Shown here piece by piece: positions 37,819 through 50,821 of a stretch of DNA of 64,000 nt. Each line of letters starts with the position of its first letter. Position 1 is the first letter of the stretch. Below the pieces are notes generated by a model. It was given only the letters and a program-made list of their open reading frames with translations, searched no databases and was not told where the DNA came from. A program made the translations under genes and the position numbers. Origin of the DNA: Raja brachyura (Eukaryota); contig OY740795.1 in the NCBI GenBank assembly GCA_963514005.1, forward strand, positions 1 through 64,000, in the 5' to 3' direction.

Positions 37819-39954
37819 TGAACAAATGCTTGTGTAAAACGGCCCTTGCCTGCTGCAGCGAGAAAGAGTAACATTAATGGGAATTACACATTAAATTCCT
37901 TCCATTTGGCTTATCAATTCATGACACCGTGCGATTTGAAAATCATGTTATATTGTGACGCCTTGTGTAAATGGGATCAGTTTGTTACTTGGATACTGTG
38001 GCTATTAATACAAAAATGTTGAGCCTTTTGTTAAGAATGGGATAGGTGCTTCGACCTAGTAATTTAATTTAGATGAATTTGATGACACGGATGAATATTT
38101 TTTTTTGTTGGGCATTTACTATTTGTTTCAACGTTACAATAAAATTAAAGTTCTGATCTTGAGAATTTCACATTTTTGAATTTTCAAGGCAGTTTGGGTG
38201 TTTATTATTATTTCCGTCACAACGGTTATTTTTGTAATTTAGCTACGTAATTAGGTAATTAAATAATTATATACTTTAATTTCTACCCATCCAAGTAGAT
38301 TTATCATATTTGCTTTAGAATGCTTCAATCTGTAATAAGTGAAAATTTCATTCAGCACTTAATTTTTAAGAAAGTCATTGGCTTTTATGTCAATTGACTG
38401 TCCTCTATCACAGCTTCTGTGTTCAGTTCATGGAAAGCAATAGGGTACAAGATGCTAATCTCCGAGTATGAAAATGGCCATTAAAGTGGATTGGGTATCA
38501 AATTAAAGTTATTTATTAGCTTATGGGATAAATTACAAGCTTCATTTTTAAGATCTGAAAATTTTGTAACATTCATACAGGTAGTCATTCACCATCACTC
38601 AGTAAAATAGTCTTAACCGTCCTCTTCGTTTCCAGTCTGCACATAAATACATTGTAGGAGCCATAAAGCCGAAGACACAATATTATAGGGATGTCTAACA
38701 TTTTTAATATTCGTTTTGATATGTCTGTATTTTGTAGGTGGGATTTGATATGTAGAAGGGGCGTGTCTATTTCCAGAAGAGACCAGAGCAGACTCATAGA
38801 TTAGGAGTAAGTTGGGTCTCGGAGGGATGGGTGAAAAACAGTTTTTACCACACACACGTGACATGATCACGACACGACATACATTTATAGGAAGACATTT
38901 CATATGATTTATGTGACATCAATAGAACAGCGATTAAGAACGGAAAGTGACGGATTATTAATTTGCTATATGCTACTTCAATAAAATACTAATTAATAAA
39001 GAAACAATGTTTCGAGGATTCGTTGTTACTATCTTAAGTGTGTCGTTATTGCGTAAAGTATACCACCCAACCATTGCCGAGGAGTAATGGCTATCGAAGT
39101 TGGACTTTGAAAATGTCGTAAAGACGGCTATTATATGCATTATTGTCGACCTCATGTGTTTACTCTTGCATAATAATATTCCGTGGCTAGCATGGTTAAA
39201 ACATTTTGAATGCGCATATGAATGATATGGCATGAGAGCACGTCGACAAAGATACCCCTTGTAAGATAGTCGCATTTCCCTGTTTTCCCCCATATCCTTT
39301 CCTCTGCATCCTATTGTCCAAATCCGTTTGAAACGTTGTTATAGTAGCTGCCTCCACGCCCTCCCATGGCTGCTAGGTTCATAAGACCACCACAATCTGG
39401 GTGCAAAAATGTAGCTCAAGTTCCTACTAAATCTCACCTTAAAACTATCCCACCTTGTTTTTGATTCCCGGACCCCGTGAAGCTTTGTTCATTCTCCCTG
39501 TCCCTTGCACTAGTAATTTTGGATCAACACTCAGCCGCCCGCGCTGCATCGTATAAAGTCGCAATCAATCTCTACCTACAGCTCATGCCCTCCATTCCTT
39601 GCAACATCCTCGTAATTCTATTTTACTCTCTTTCCATTCGGATAGATTCAAGCTGCACTTTCCCGTGTACTACACTGGCAATATTCTCAAAACAAAAGTT
39701 TTTTTTTTATCTCCAGAGATGCTGCATGTCCCGCTGAGCTACTCCAGCATTGTGTTTCTATCTTCGATTTAAACCAATATCTGCAGTTCTTTCCTACACA
39801 TCAAATCATTTTAAATGCAGCCTGAATTTCCCGGATGTTTGCAATGTTTTCAAAATGCTGCGCGGATAAATTTTCAACAAAGCTCTCTGACGTTTCTCCT
39901 GGGATCGTAGAACATGGTATTTACTTTTCCGTTCCTTTTATTTGAATTATACAT

Positions 39955-40003
39955 TCAATAAATCAATCAATCAATCAAACAATCAATCAACCAATCAATC
40001 AAT
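39955..40003 (+). repeat. (TCAA)n microsatellite
   Basis: aatcaatcaatcaatcaaacaatcaatcaaccaatcaatcaa. Confidence 0.85.
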
Positions 40004-41662
40004 TATTGTCACGTGCCAAGTCACGGTGAAAATCCTTGTCTGCATACCCAAGGTGTGCAATGGCCGCCACATAAGCAGTCGCAGACTAAGTTACAAAGTA
40101 TCCCGCGCCGGGTCCTCATTTATTCTCCTCCCAAACACCCCACCCACACGCCGGGTCCTCCATTGTTCTTCCCCCCTGCTTCACGGTGGTCCCGCCACGC
40201 CGGATCCTCCTTTGCCATCCCCCAAGCAGCATCGTCCTCATTCCCACGTGGTCCATCCTCGTGCACAGGTCGGCGCTCTCATCGAACGTCGCACCTACCT
40301 CTTGACAGTCGCCACCGGGTTCCTCCTGACGCCTCCGTAGCACCGACCCAGGCCCCGGCCGCGGGTTCCGTCGACCCAGGGTCCGGCCGCAGGTTCTGCC
40401 GGCCCATGCGGAGCAGGTTAGATATTGCCACTATTATTAAAATGACCCATTTTATCACTTACAATGTTATGTCATACGAGCGGTTACATGTCTTCCGTCC
40501 CACGCCCAGTCCTGTGGGCTACGTCTCGACATGTGTTATGTTGTACACTTCCAGTACACGTACACTTGTCCACTTACATTAAATTATGATTTGAAGGACA
40601 TTTTACAGGTGTAAATGCTGAGGTAAATGCGGACTGGTCTATCTCACTTTCTGCAGCAGCAGACGAGTGCATATTACACAGGGTAATGTCTCGCAAAATA
40701 CATACTGTCTCGTGCACTCTGCACAATTATTTTTCGCGATATAAAGCGAATAACCACAGATTCAGAAAATAACAACATCAAACAGGAAATCTGATATAAC
40801 CAGCAAGTCAATTTATGACTGTTAGAAGCAGAGCATGAATTCCTTCAACGGTCTGGGCAATGAGTATAACAACATTGCAAGTCATGTCTGAAGAAGGGTC
40901 TCGAAACTTCACCCAATCATTCTCTCCAGAGTTGCTTCCTGTCCGCTGAGTTACTCCCGCTTGGTGCGTCCATGTTGGGGTTTTGCGTGCAGTTCAGGTC
41001 GCCCCATTTCAGGAAAGAGATGGAGGCTTTAGTGTGGGTGCAGATGAGAATTGCCAGATTGGACCAGAGCGTATTAGCTACAAGAGTAGGTTGGACCAAT
41101 TTGGATTGGTATCTCTTGAACGTTGGTGACTCAGGGGAGATCTGATAGTGTGAAAGGCGTGGATAGGGCTGACAGTCAGAACACCTTTCCCCGGGTGGAA
41201 ATGTCAACGACTATACAGCACAGCTTGATGATTAGCGTGGCAATGTTTATCGGAGATGGGGATGTTTAACACTGAGGGCGGTGGGTGCCTGGACGCACTG
41301 CCAAGGGGGTGTTCGAGACAAATCGGAATGTGACGAACAAGATGGTTATAGATAGACACGCAAGGAAAGTAGGGATATGGATCACACGGAGAGAGAGTAG
41401 ATTGCTTCAACTTGGCATCTGAATACCCTCGTAACAGCATGAACACAAAATATACTTGGAATTTAATATACTTTTATTTCGGATGTTTTGACCCAGAGAT
41501 TTAAACTTGCATTTGCTATTCTATTGGTGTGCCCTCTAGGCCGGGGTACATATCATACATGACCAGCTCACATTAACAGTAAGGACGAAAAACAGAATAT
41601 ATCTCTCAAGCTCCGTTACAGTGACAATCCCCATTGTTGTTTTAGAGATAAATGTTTTCAGT

Positions 41663-44242
41663 CTATTTTAACCGCTTACGAATTAGATAGAAGGGATACT
41701 TAACCACTTCCTGCAACTGCTCTCTAAACTTAGTCTGTGTCCCCCCGTAAATACACGAGTTGGTGCAAGAACTGAGTATCTCCAGCATGTATCCACTTTC
41801 TTGGAGAATAAACTTGGGGTCATTGGAATTGGTACGGGTTGCATAACCACTGCTTGTAATTTGTACAAAGAGAAAGTTTGCGACGTATGTCAAGCGCAAC
41901 AGCATAAAACTGCCAGAGATCGCCATGAGTAAAATGATAGACTTCCGCCGACTCTCCATTTCGGGGTCACTCTGATTTCCACCTTTGGTCTGGGCCCGGA
42001 GCCTCTTGCGGGCTGCACTGACAGCTAGAATGTGTCTGACCGTCAGAACATTGAGCAACAGAATTAGTAGGAACGGGAGGCATGGGTTCAAAACGCGGTG
42101 TAGACAATCATATACTATCCATGCAATTGAAGTGTAGTACGAATCTTTTATGGTGCAAAACCAGGGTACATTATCAATTATGTAGACTGGGTCATATATA
42201 AAATAAAATGGGACATTCTTCAAACAGCCTAATGCGCAGACCATTGCAACAACACCCGCCGCGATTTTCTCGGTGCAATATATTAGTTTCAGTTTCTGAC
42301 AGCAAATGGCGATGAATCGATCAAAGGTGAAAGCGACCGTCAACCAGACGGAAGTGTCTTTTGAAATCCAGCTGAGGACAATAAGGACCTTGCAGGTCGG
42401 AATGGTAGAAAGGACTGTGGTCGGGAAATAAATTGCCCGAAGCCGGCTTAAGATCACGGCGGTGATGATGACCAAGAAATCCATCACCGCCATGGACACC
42501 AGGTAGCGAGTGATACATTTGGAGAGGCCGCATCTTCCTTTGGAGAGAATCGCAATCGTCACCAAATTCGCTGCAGGACAGAGGGAGAGACCGGGTTATT
42601 AATAATAATTAGCTTCGCCGCTGGAAAATGGAACGCATTCTAGCTTTGCTGGCTGATCCAGTCTATTCATTCATTGAATAGTGGCTGATATATCTTTACT
42701 TTCCAACCTCATTCACCTGCCTTCTCCTCATAACCATTGACACACATACTCTTCCGAAATGTGTCGACGTCCGCCTTAAATTTGCCCAATGACTTGAGCT
42801 CCACACAAAAGCGATAAAGTAATTCCAATTTCGCGCGTATAATGAACTGATTCTCTTCATGCGTGTGATATGAGACCCATTATCGCATAACAAATGGATC
42901 ATCTAATACACCAGCAAACAGTCCATGGAATGTAACCAGTTTACATGAAAACACACAATGGAGATAGATGTTTTATTGTAAAAAAAACTACCACAGCGAT
43001 TGAGAGTCACGGAGAAATCTGACAGAGCTTCATCTTAACGAATCCTTCCAAGCGTCATCGAAACGACTCCTTCGAAGAAGGGCATGGCAGTGGCCCAAGA
43101 GGTCTCGCAAACGTTGGCAAATGTTTCAAGATATTTTCCATCTCATGTTTTGTCCTTCAGCTGATATCAGAGCTACGTCGTGGAAAGAGGCCTTTCATCC
43201 TACCAACGACGTCAACCACCGATCACCCGTTCACAAATGCCGCATTTATGGTTAAGATTACAGTCACAATATCTGTAATAGTTATCATATTTTAATCAAA
43301 ATACAAAATAAAGAAAATACACTGGAAAACAAAGAGTGTTGGAGTAACACAGCGCGTCAGGCAGCATCTTTGGTGAGTAAGGGAGAATGAATCGGCGACA
43401 TTTTGGGTCGGGAACCATCTTCAGACCTTCCACCTACCTTGCAAAAATAGGAGTTCCTCCTATTTTTGCAAGAATGTCATCCCTTGTTCTCGAATACCGC
43501 CGCATCTGCTTCCACGCCGAGGCATTACACTCTAGATTATCCAGAATGTCCTTTATTCAGCGAACGTAGCTCCCCATGCTGTCGCGGGTGGATCCCTCGC
43601 CCATGTGTCATCTCTGTCCTTGTTTTGCTTTTCGCATCCCTGACGCCACCCCAGGCAGCTTAGTGGAAACATTATCTTGGTCGATGCAGAAGCCTGAACA
43701 AGGGTTCAGAACCTGACCCGATGCGTTGCCTATTCATTACCTCCACAGATGCTGCTGACTAGCTAAATCACTCCGGCACTTTAAGTTTTGCTGCATGATT
43801 CCAGTATTTACAGCCCCTTGTATCTCCAAAGAAAATATACAGGATAAAAGTAATTTAAGAATAAACATTAGACGTCAAAATGTTTGACTGTAACGCGACG
43901 TTGAACTAAAAGTGCCTGCCTTGCACCAAACGCTGTGTGCATCAGAGAATATATTTAAATCAGCCGCTCCGCCTTCAGAAACTGGCTAAGTAATATATAA
44001 TGAAATTAACATCGTGACATAAAATGGTTAAATCTAAGGAATACACTTTGTCGTCGTAATGCTCGGTAGGCAGCTGGAAAGGAATAATGAGAAATATATC
44101 GAAAAATCAAAATACTCAGCAACGAACGGTTACACGTTAATTTTCCACGTTTAGACTATCTTCACTCTTCACCTGGAACGCCGAAAGCAGCAAGGGCAGA
44201 ATAATAAATAGCGAAGACAGGTCCATTCCCAGGCGCGTGCAT
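41663..44242 (-). CDS. GPR139-like class A GPCR copy 3, intact, 325 aa (exon 1 44173-44242, exon 2 41663-42570)
   Basis: MHAPGNGPVFAIYYSALAAFGVP G|GTGAAG ... ctgcag|CG AAT TTG. Open 7TM exon with MDFL, TFDRFIAIC, PWFC and SSCTNSCIY. TM1 resembles GPR139 [22 protein letters not shown] (recalled from memory). Confidence 0.92.
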
Positions 44243-44415
44243 AATCCGTTAGAACGATGTCCTCGTAAAAGGCCGATTGTGAAATTAGTACTGCAGTACA
44301 TCTATTTATATTAGATCACAGCATCTAATCTAAAAATAGCTCAAACCATTAAAATTGTTAGTTACGTTTCGCGGAGAAAAACAAATTAGCTCACATATTT
44401 ACATGCCTCAATGAA

Positions 44416-44660
44416 TTGTTTAAGAAAGAACTGCAGATGCTGGAAACATCGAAGGTAGACCAAAATGCTGGAGAAACTCACCGGGTGAGGCAGCGTCTAT
44501 GGAGCGAAGGGATAGGTGACGTTTCGGGTCGAGACCCTTCTTCTGAAGAATTAATCTTTCTTCTGAAGAAGACCTTTCTGAAGAAGGGTATCGACCGAAA
44601 CGTCGCCTATTCCTTCGCTCCATATATGCTGCCTCGCCCGCTGAGTTTCTGCAGCATTCT
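44416..44660. mobile_element. Inverted pair of Penelope-type terminal repeat units with a hammerhead-like core
   Basis: 44464-44550 is inverted relative to 44578-44660; core CTGAAGA-AGGGTATCGACC-GAAA-CGTC. Confidence 0.65.
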
Positions 44661-45399
44661 TCCTTCAATGAATTGATCATATTGAAGGCCCCTGAAACGA
44701 GCGCTACGTCAGAACACTACTTCAAACCAAACTGTATCCTGCACGCTGTACATCTCTTCTGATATTGCAGCACCAGCCATAGCACCAGGTTCCATCTCTT
44801 CCTGTGTCACAGCCGTTGTATGTCTACAATAAGTTCACATTATTGAAGATCACGCTGTAATTGGCCAATGCACGATTCACACATCGCTGGCTGCTGCAAT
44901 ACCAAGAATAAAATGTTTGCATTACACTTGCTGAACATTTCGGTTAAAAGTGTTTCGGTGGAATTTTTTTTACACTGAGTGGTGGGGCCCTGGAACGCAC
45001 ATAGAAACATAGAAAATAGATGCTGAAAGGCGACATTTGGCCCTTTGCGCCAGCACCGCCATTCATTGTGATCATTGACAATAAAGGGGATGTCATTTAA
45101 GATTGAGCTGAGAAAAACAATTTTTACCCAGAGAGTTGTGAATTTATGGAGATGTTACCTCACCCTCTGAGTTCTCGAGCATTTCTGTCGACCTGCGCAA
45201 GTCAATCGTTTGTTGGGCCTTGTATGGACTCGCTGTATAAAGCATGAATGACTTAGATGAGATTCAGTGGAGTAGTATCGAAGACGAAACGTATGAACCT
45301 CGGCACGGTACGGATTAGAGCTGAACTACGCCCGTGTCCGCATCGCTTGAGGTCGGCACGTACATATTTTTGCGTCAGCACAGTAATTGGAAAAATTCA

Positions 45400-45640
45400 A
45401 ACTGAAGAATAATCTGGACCCGAAACGTCACCCCTCGTGAGAGCCTCATATATCCTAGAAGTGGGGAAACTCCGTTCCATGAAGAATGAGGACATTTCCG
45501 ATGCCCTGGTGTGGAACATCTCATCCTGGGTGCAGATGCGGCGCAGACGGAGGAATTGGGAGTAGGGGATGGAGTCTTACAGGGAGCAGGGTAGTAAGAA
45601 GTGTAGTCCAGATATCCATTGGAGTCATTGACTTGCGCAA
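45400..45640 (-). mobile_element. Penelope-like element RT/thumb fragment
   Basis: DSNGYLDYTSYYPAPCK.., resembling the YLDYTSSHP..CK..IPYSQFLRLRRIC motif, next to a CTGAAGA..GAAACGTC unit. Confidence 0.65.
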
Positions 45641-45746
45641 GCGTGCAGTGATGACCGGCGACAAAAGACCCTCTGCACCAGTCATTCTCTCTGGAAAAGG
45701 GATCAGGCGGCTCAACGTATAATATTAAAGGTACGTTACCGACTCC

Positions 45747-45818
45747 AGGCACGGAGAGGATTTGAACCAGCGATCTTCGGCTTACGAGACCGAAGCCTTG
45801 CCACTCAACCACCGCGCC
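45747..45818 (-). pseudogene. tRNA-Thr(CGT) pseudogene
   Basis: GGCGCGGTGGTTGAGTGGCAAGGCTTCGGTCTCGTAAGCCGAAGATCGCTGGTTCAAATCCTCTCCGTGCCT; acceptor and anticodon stems pair, but the T-stem has two mismatches. Confidence 0.8.
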
Positions 45819-46545
45819 TGTGATTTATTGGTGATGTTTGGATAATTTAGACATAGGTGGAGCTGGATAACGAGAAGTAAAACACACCAACGCTTATGAT
45901 CTGGATCGAGTTATACAGCGATACAGATTAAATCGCTCAGGTGGAGATGGCGAGGCCGAAGTCGAAGGAGAGGAAAGGGACCGAGAGTTGTTCATCCAGG
46001 ACTAGCTCCGGAATCGCAGTAAAGTTATTCTATTCCCAAAAGGGCAATCAAACCTGAAACAAGCGCTGAAACTCTGAATCCGGACCACTGGGCAATCGTA
46101 CACTGATAATAAATGCAGTCTCGTCGCTTAAAGATAATATCAAATGCACCTGTCGACATTTAGACGGCTGGTGTGTGGGTATATGCGGTCCTCTGGTTGT
46201 CTTATACAGAGGATCTGCCCGAGAGTGTTCCATCGATTCGATGCAAGATCCTTCACAGTTACTGTCAAAAACATTGGAAATGAATCCCGATACAAAATCA
46301 TGATTTTAGACAATGGACAATGGAGAACAGAGAACAGGTGCAGGAGTAGGCCATTCGGCCCTTCGGTTTTGTGAATAATTTCGTGGTTCAGTTTGGAGAA
46401 TCCATCAAATAAGTGACGTGCGTTAAAGCGTGGTGTTCAAAGCAGGATAAAAGGAGCGCGGGTGCACCCGAGCGACCGCTTTGTGCAGTTTGAAATCGGA
46501 ATCGGGCGCCACAATGCAGACTGCAAAAGTTAGCTATCCGTCTGC

Positions 46546-46617
46546 AGGCACGGACGGGATGTGAACCCGCGATCTTCGGTTTACGAGACCGACGCCTTCC
46601 CACTTGGCCACCGCGCC
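46546..46617 (-). tRNA. tRNA-Thr(CGT); T-loop/B-box variant, possibly non-functional
   Basis: GGCGCGGTGGCCAAGTGGGAAGGCGTCGGTCTCGTAAACCGAAGATCGCGGGTTCACATCCCGTCCGTGCCT folds into a full cloverleaf with anticodon CGT. TTTT terminator about 20 nt downstream. T-loop is TTCACAT. Confidence 0.8.
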
Positions 46618-47249
46618 TCTGTTCGAATAGCATTACCGCGAGACACAAAGGCATGGCAAGACTTTCAGAAAGAGCTCAGTAACTGGGCTGATGCTTGCCT
46701 GTAAATCTTACGAACTGTGTAGTGATGGGCGCTGACTGAATAAAGCTGTGCTGACCGTCCAGGTAACGGCGACGTTGGGATTTAAGTTGGGTACCCTGAC
46801 CGATAGGTGGTTAGTCCAAGACTAACTCCATAAACGGCGTAAACCTAAGGCTATTCTCACACCAGGAATCGAACCGAATCCACGTTACAGAATATTACCT
46901 ACTTCTGAAAATTTGACAATCAAATACGAAGGTGGTGAATATAGTCTACTCATCTGGCAAGTAAGATTTGGACCACCAGCGTGGCCATTCTAAGACGGCA
47001 AATATTCGCTTGGCAGCGGACAGTTGTTCTGCCCGGATGCTCTGCCCAGGGCAGAACATTCTCCGGATGTTCTGCCCTGGGCAGTTACATTCAATTCAAT
47101 GCCTCTTTATCGACAATTATTGTTTAAGACTGGGTAACAGCCCAGATCCGGACAGCAAAGGAGCACCAGAATAACTAAATTTGGGACACTGAGAGTACTT
47201 GAACTAAACCAAGGTTGCAAAGAGCATGAGCGCTTTAAACTCCCTCGGA

Positions 47250-49617
47250 AACCAGACCAGAGAAGGGGCAGTGCTGGACCTCCTGTTAGGAAATGAGGCA
47301 GGTCAGGTGACGGAGGTATGCGTTGGTGAGCACTTCGGGACCAGTGATCACAATACCATTAGTGTCAATATAATTATGGAGAGAGACAGAACTGGACCTA
47401 GGGTTGAGATTTTTGATTGGAGAACGGCTAACTTTGAGGGAATGCGTAATGATTTAAATTGAGTGAATTGGGACATTGTGTTTTATGGGAAGGATATAGA
47501 AGAGAAATGGAGGACATTTAAAGGGGAAATTGTAAGAGTACAGAATCTTTATGCCCCTGTTCGGTTGAAATCAAATAGTAAAAATCGGAAAGAGCCATGG
47601 TTTTCAAGGGAAATTGGACACTTGGTTCGAAAAAAGAGAGATATCTACAATAATTATAGGAGGCATGGAGTAAATGAGGTGCCAGATGAGTATAAGGAAT
47701 GTAAAAATAATCTTAAGAAAGAAATAAGAAAAGCTAAAAGAAGATATGGGGTTGCTTTGGCAAGAAAGGTGAAAGTAAATCCAAAGGGTTTCTACAGCTA
47801 TATTAATAGCAAAAGGATAACTAGGGATACAATTGGACCATTAGAGAGTCAGAATGGACTGCTATCTGCAGAGCCAAAAGAGATGGGGGAGATATTGAAC
47901 AATGTATTTCCTTCGGTATTCACCAAGGAGAAGGATATTGAACTCTGTGAGGAAAGGGAAGAAAAGTAGAGTAGCTATGGAAACTATGAGATTCAAAGAG
48001 GAGGAGGTACTGACACTTTTCAAAAATGTAAAAGTGGATAAGTCTCCAAGTCCAGACAGGATATTCCCTAACACATTGAGGGAAGTTAGTATAGAAATAG
48101 CAGGAGCTTTGACAGAAATATTTCAGATGTCATTTGAAAGGGGAATAGTGCCAGAGGACTGGCGTACAGCGCATGTTGTTCCATTGTTTAAAAAGGGTTC
48201 AAAGAATAAACCTAGCAATTATAGACCTGTTAGTTTGACGTCAGTGGTGGGCAAATTAATGGAAGGATACTTAGAGATAATATATATATATATAAGCATC
48301 TGGATCAACAGGGTCCGATCAAGAACAGTCAACATGGATTTGTGCCTGGAAGGTCATGTTTGACAAACCTTCTTGAATTTTTTGAAGAGGTTACTAGGGA
48401 AATTGATGAGGGTAAAGCAGTGGATGTTGTCTATATGGATTTCAGTAAGGCCTTTGACAAGGTTCCCCATGGAAGGTTGATTAAGATGGTTCAATCTTTG
48501 GGTTTTAATGGCGGTGTAGCAAGATGGATTCAACGGTGGCTGAATGGGAGATGCCAGAGAGTAATGGTGGATGGCTGTTTGTCAGGTTGGAAGCCGGTGA
48601 CCAGTGGGGTCCAACTGTGTTTGTCATGTACATCAATGATCTAGATGATGGGGTGGAAAATTGGATAAGTAAGTATGCAGATGATACTAAGATAGGGGGT
48701 GCTGTGGATAATGAAGTAGATTTTCAAAGTCTACAGAGAGATGTGGGCCATTTGGAAGAGTGGGCTTAAAGATCGCAGATGGAGTTTAATGCTGATTGTG
48801 TGAGGTGCTACATCTTGGCAGGACAAATCAAAATAGGACGTACATGGTAAATGGTAGGGAATTGAGGAATGCTATGGAACAGAGGGATCTAGGATTAATT
48901 GTGCATAGTTCCCTGAAGGTGGAATCGCATGTTGATAGGGTCGTAAAGCAAGCTTTTTGCGTGCTGGCATTTGTAAATCAGAGCATTGAATATAGGAGTA
49001 GGGAAGTAAAGTTTAAATTTTACAAGGCATTGGTGAGACCAATTCTGGACTATGGTGTACAATTTTGGTCGCCTAATTATAGGAAGGATGTCAACAAAAT
49101 AGAGAGAGTACAGAGGAGATTTACTAAAATGTTGCCTGGGTTCCAGCAACTAGGTTACAGAGAAAGGTTGAACAAGTTGGGTCTTTATTCTTTGGAACGC
49201 AGAAGGTTAAGGGGGGACTTGATTGAGGTCTTTAAAATGATGAAAGGGATAGAGAGAGTTAACGTGGATAAGCTTTTCTCATTGAGGTTAGGGAAGATTC
49301 AAACAAGAGGGTATGACATGAGAATTAAGGGGCAGACGTTTAGGGGTAACATGAGGGGGGACTTCTTTACTCAGAGAGTGGTGCCTGTGTGGAAAGATCT
49401 TCCAGCAGAAGTGGTGGAGGCAGGATCGATTTTAACATTTAAAAGTAAAGTGGATTGGTATATGGACGGGAAGGGAATGGAGGGGTATGGTCTGAGTGCA
49501 GGTAGATGGGACTAGGGGAAAATAAATGGTCAGCACGGACTGGAAGGGCTGTGAAGGCCTGTATCCGTGCTGTAATTGTGATATGGTTATATGGTTATAT
49601 GGTTATATGGTTATATG
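47250..49617 (+). mobile_element. CR1 LINE, 5'-truncated, with stops and frameshifts
   Basis: TREGAVLDLLLGN, SNYRPVSLTSVVGK, DFSKAFDKVPH and SKYADDTK motifs; (ATATGGTT)n tail at 49580-49616. Confidence 0.93.
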
Positions 49618-49986
49618 AAACCGTGTTTGGACAAACTGGCGGCAGTCTTTTTATCGTGTGCCACGCGGTCTCTTCAGGTTTCTCCCTCTCGGTTCCAAAA
49701 AAATTGATCGAGAAGCAGGGGCGAATTGCCCCGCTACTGAATCTTTCCCCGCTCTCTTACGCAGTTCGGAAACATTCCTCTAGTCAACATGTGAAACACG
49801 CACAGTTGCGAGCTGATTGTTGGAATCGAGAACAATCTCCACATGGACGCTTGGGTGTCACCTACCGCCTATGTCCGGATTTACCCAATCAGGGTCCGAC
49901 CGTTCCTCTTTCCCCGCACATCCGTAAGAAACCAAATACGACAGGCATCTCTGGCGGTTGAAATCCTCCAACAACTCTCGGCAAGC

Positions 49987-50113
49987 ATGTTGACATTTCA
50001 ATTGTGTTTGGTTTTCCTATCAGCCGCTTTCTTAATCGGTAAGTTCACGGGTTGCACGAGTCTGCACTTCGCATCCGCAGTTGATATTTTATTAAATCGG
50101 CCTTTATTCCTGA

Positions 50114-50144
<31 letters not shown>

Positions 50145-50159
50145 CGCACACGCACAGGC

Positions 50160-50203
<44 letters not shown>

Positions 50204-50782
50204 GCGGGCGTAGAAACGCCCTCAGTCTGATGAGAAGTCCCCATGTACTCTTTCATTCACATTAAGTGAGGATCAGGAGGTATTGTCTGGTGGCTGGTTC
50301 CAAGCTGGAATTCAGCTGATGTGGGACCTTGTTGTCCATTGATGTGGGCTCATACGCGGCTGTTATAATGCTCAGATATATTTTGAACGTAGACATATGA
50401 GAATGAGGATATTATTCAGTGTACGGGTGGCACAGCGATATTGTCTGGTTTAATGTCGTTCCGGCCTCTTGCAAGGTATTGTCAGGGGGGATTCCGTTTC
50501 ACAGACAACGGTTGCAACCGCAGTAAGCGAAGGTGGCGACGTTGAGGTGCGCTGCAACTACACGGCTACGAGCACACAAGTTGCGTATCTGTACTGGTAC
50601 CGTCAATATGTCGATGGACCCATGGAATTTATGCTCTGGATAAGCAAGTACAGTTCAAGCCCGGAAAATTCACCGGGTCGACACTTTTCAACCTCTCTTG
50701 ATGATTCGGGACGGATCGTCCTATTCACAGTGTCGGAAGCACAACTGGAAGACTCGGAAGTGTATTATTGTGCCCTGAGCCC
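49987..50782 (+). CDS. TRAV: TCR alpha/delta V gene, apparently intact (leader 49987-50038, V exon 50476-50782)
   Basis: [18 protein letters not shown]|GTAAG; [39 protein letters not shown] is TRAV/DV-like; 23-RSS follows. Confidence 0.93.
50115..50200 (+). repeat. (CA)n microsatellite in the V leader intron
   Basis: Interrupted acacacac.. array. Confidence 0.9.
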
Positions 50783-50821
50783 CACGGCGTCTCGTTGCGG
50801 TGCTGAGCCTGTACAAAAACA
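50783..50821 (+). promoter_or_regulatory. Recombination signal sequence, 23-bp spacer
   Basis: CACGGCG + 23 nt + ACAAAAACA. Confidence 0.85.

Noticed and set aside
39942-40582. Pro-rich ORFs of 132-189 aa
   Set aside because: They arise from a microsatellite plus GC-rich repeat DNA; no splice or domain support.
44807-44833. cacagcc + 11 nt + acaataagt as a D or J RSS
   Set aside because: Weak heptamer, off-size spacer, and no partner RSS or FGxG motif.
49843-50265. His/Thr-rich ORF
   Set aside because: Read-through of the V leader into a (CA)n intron.
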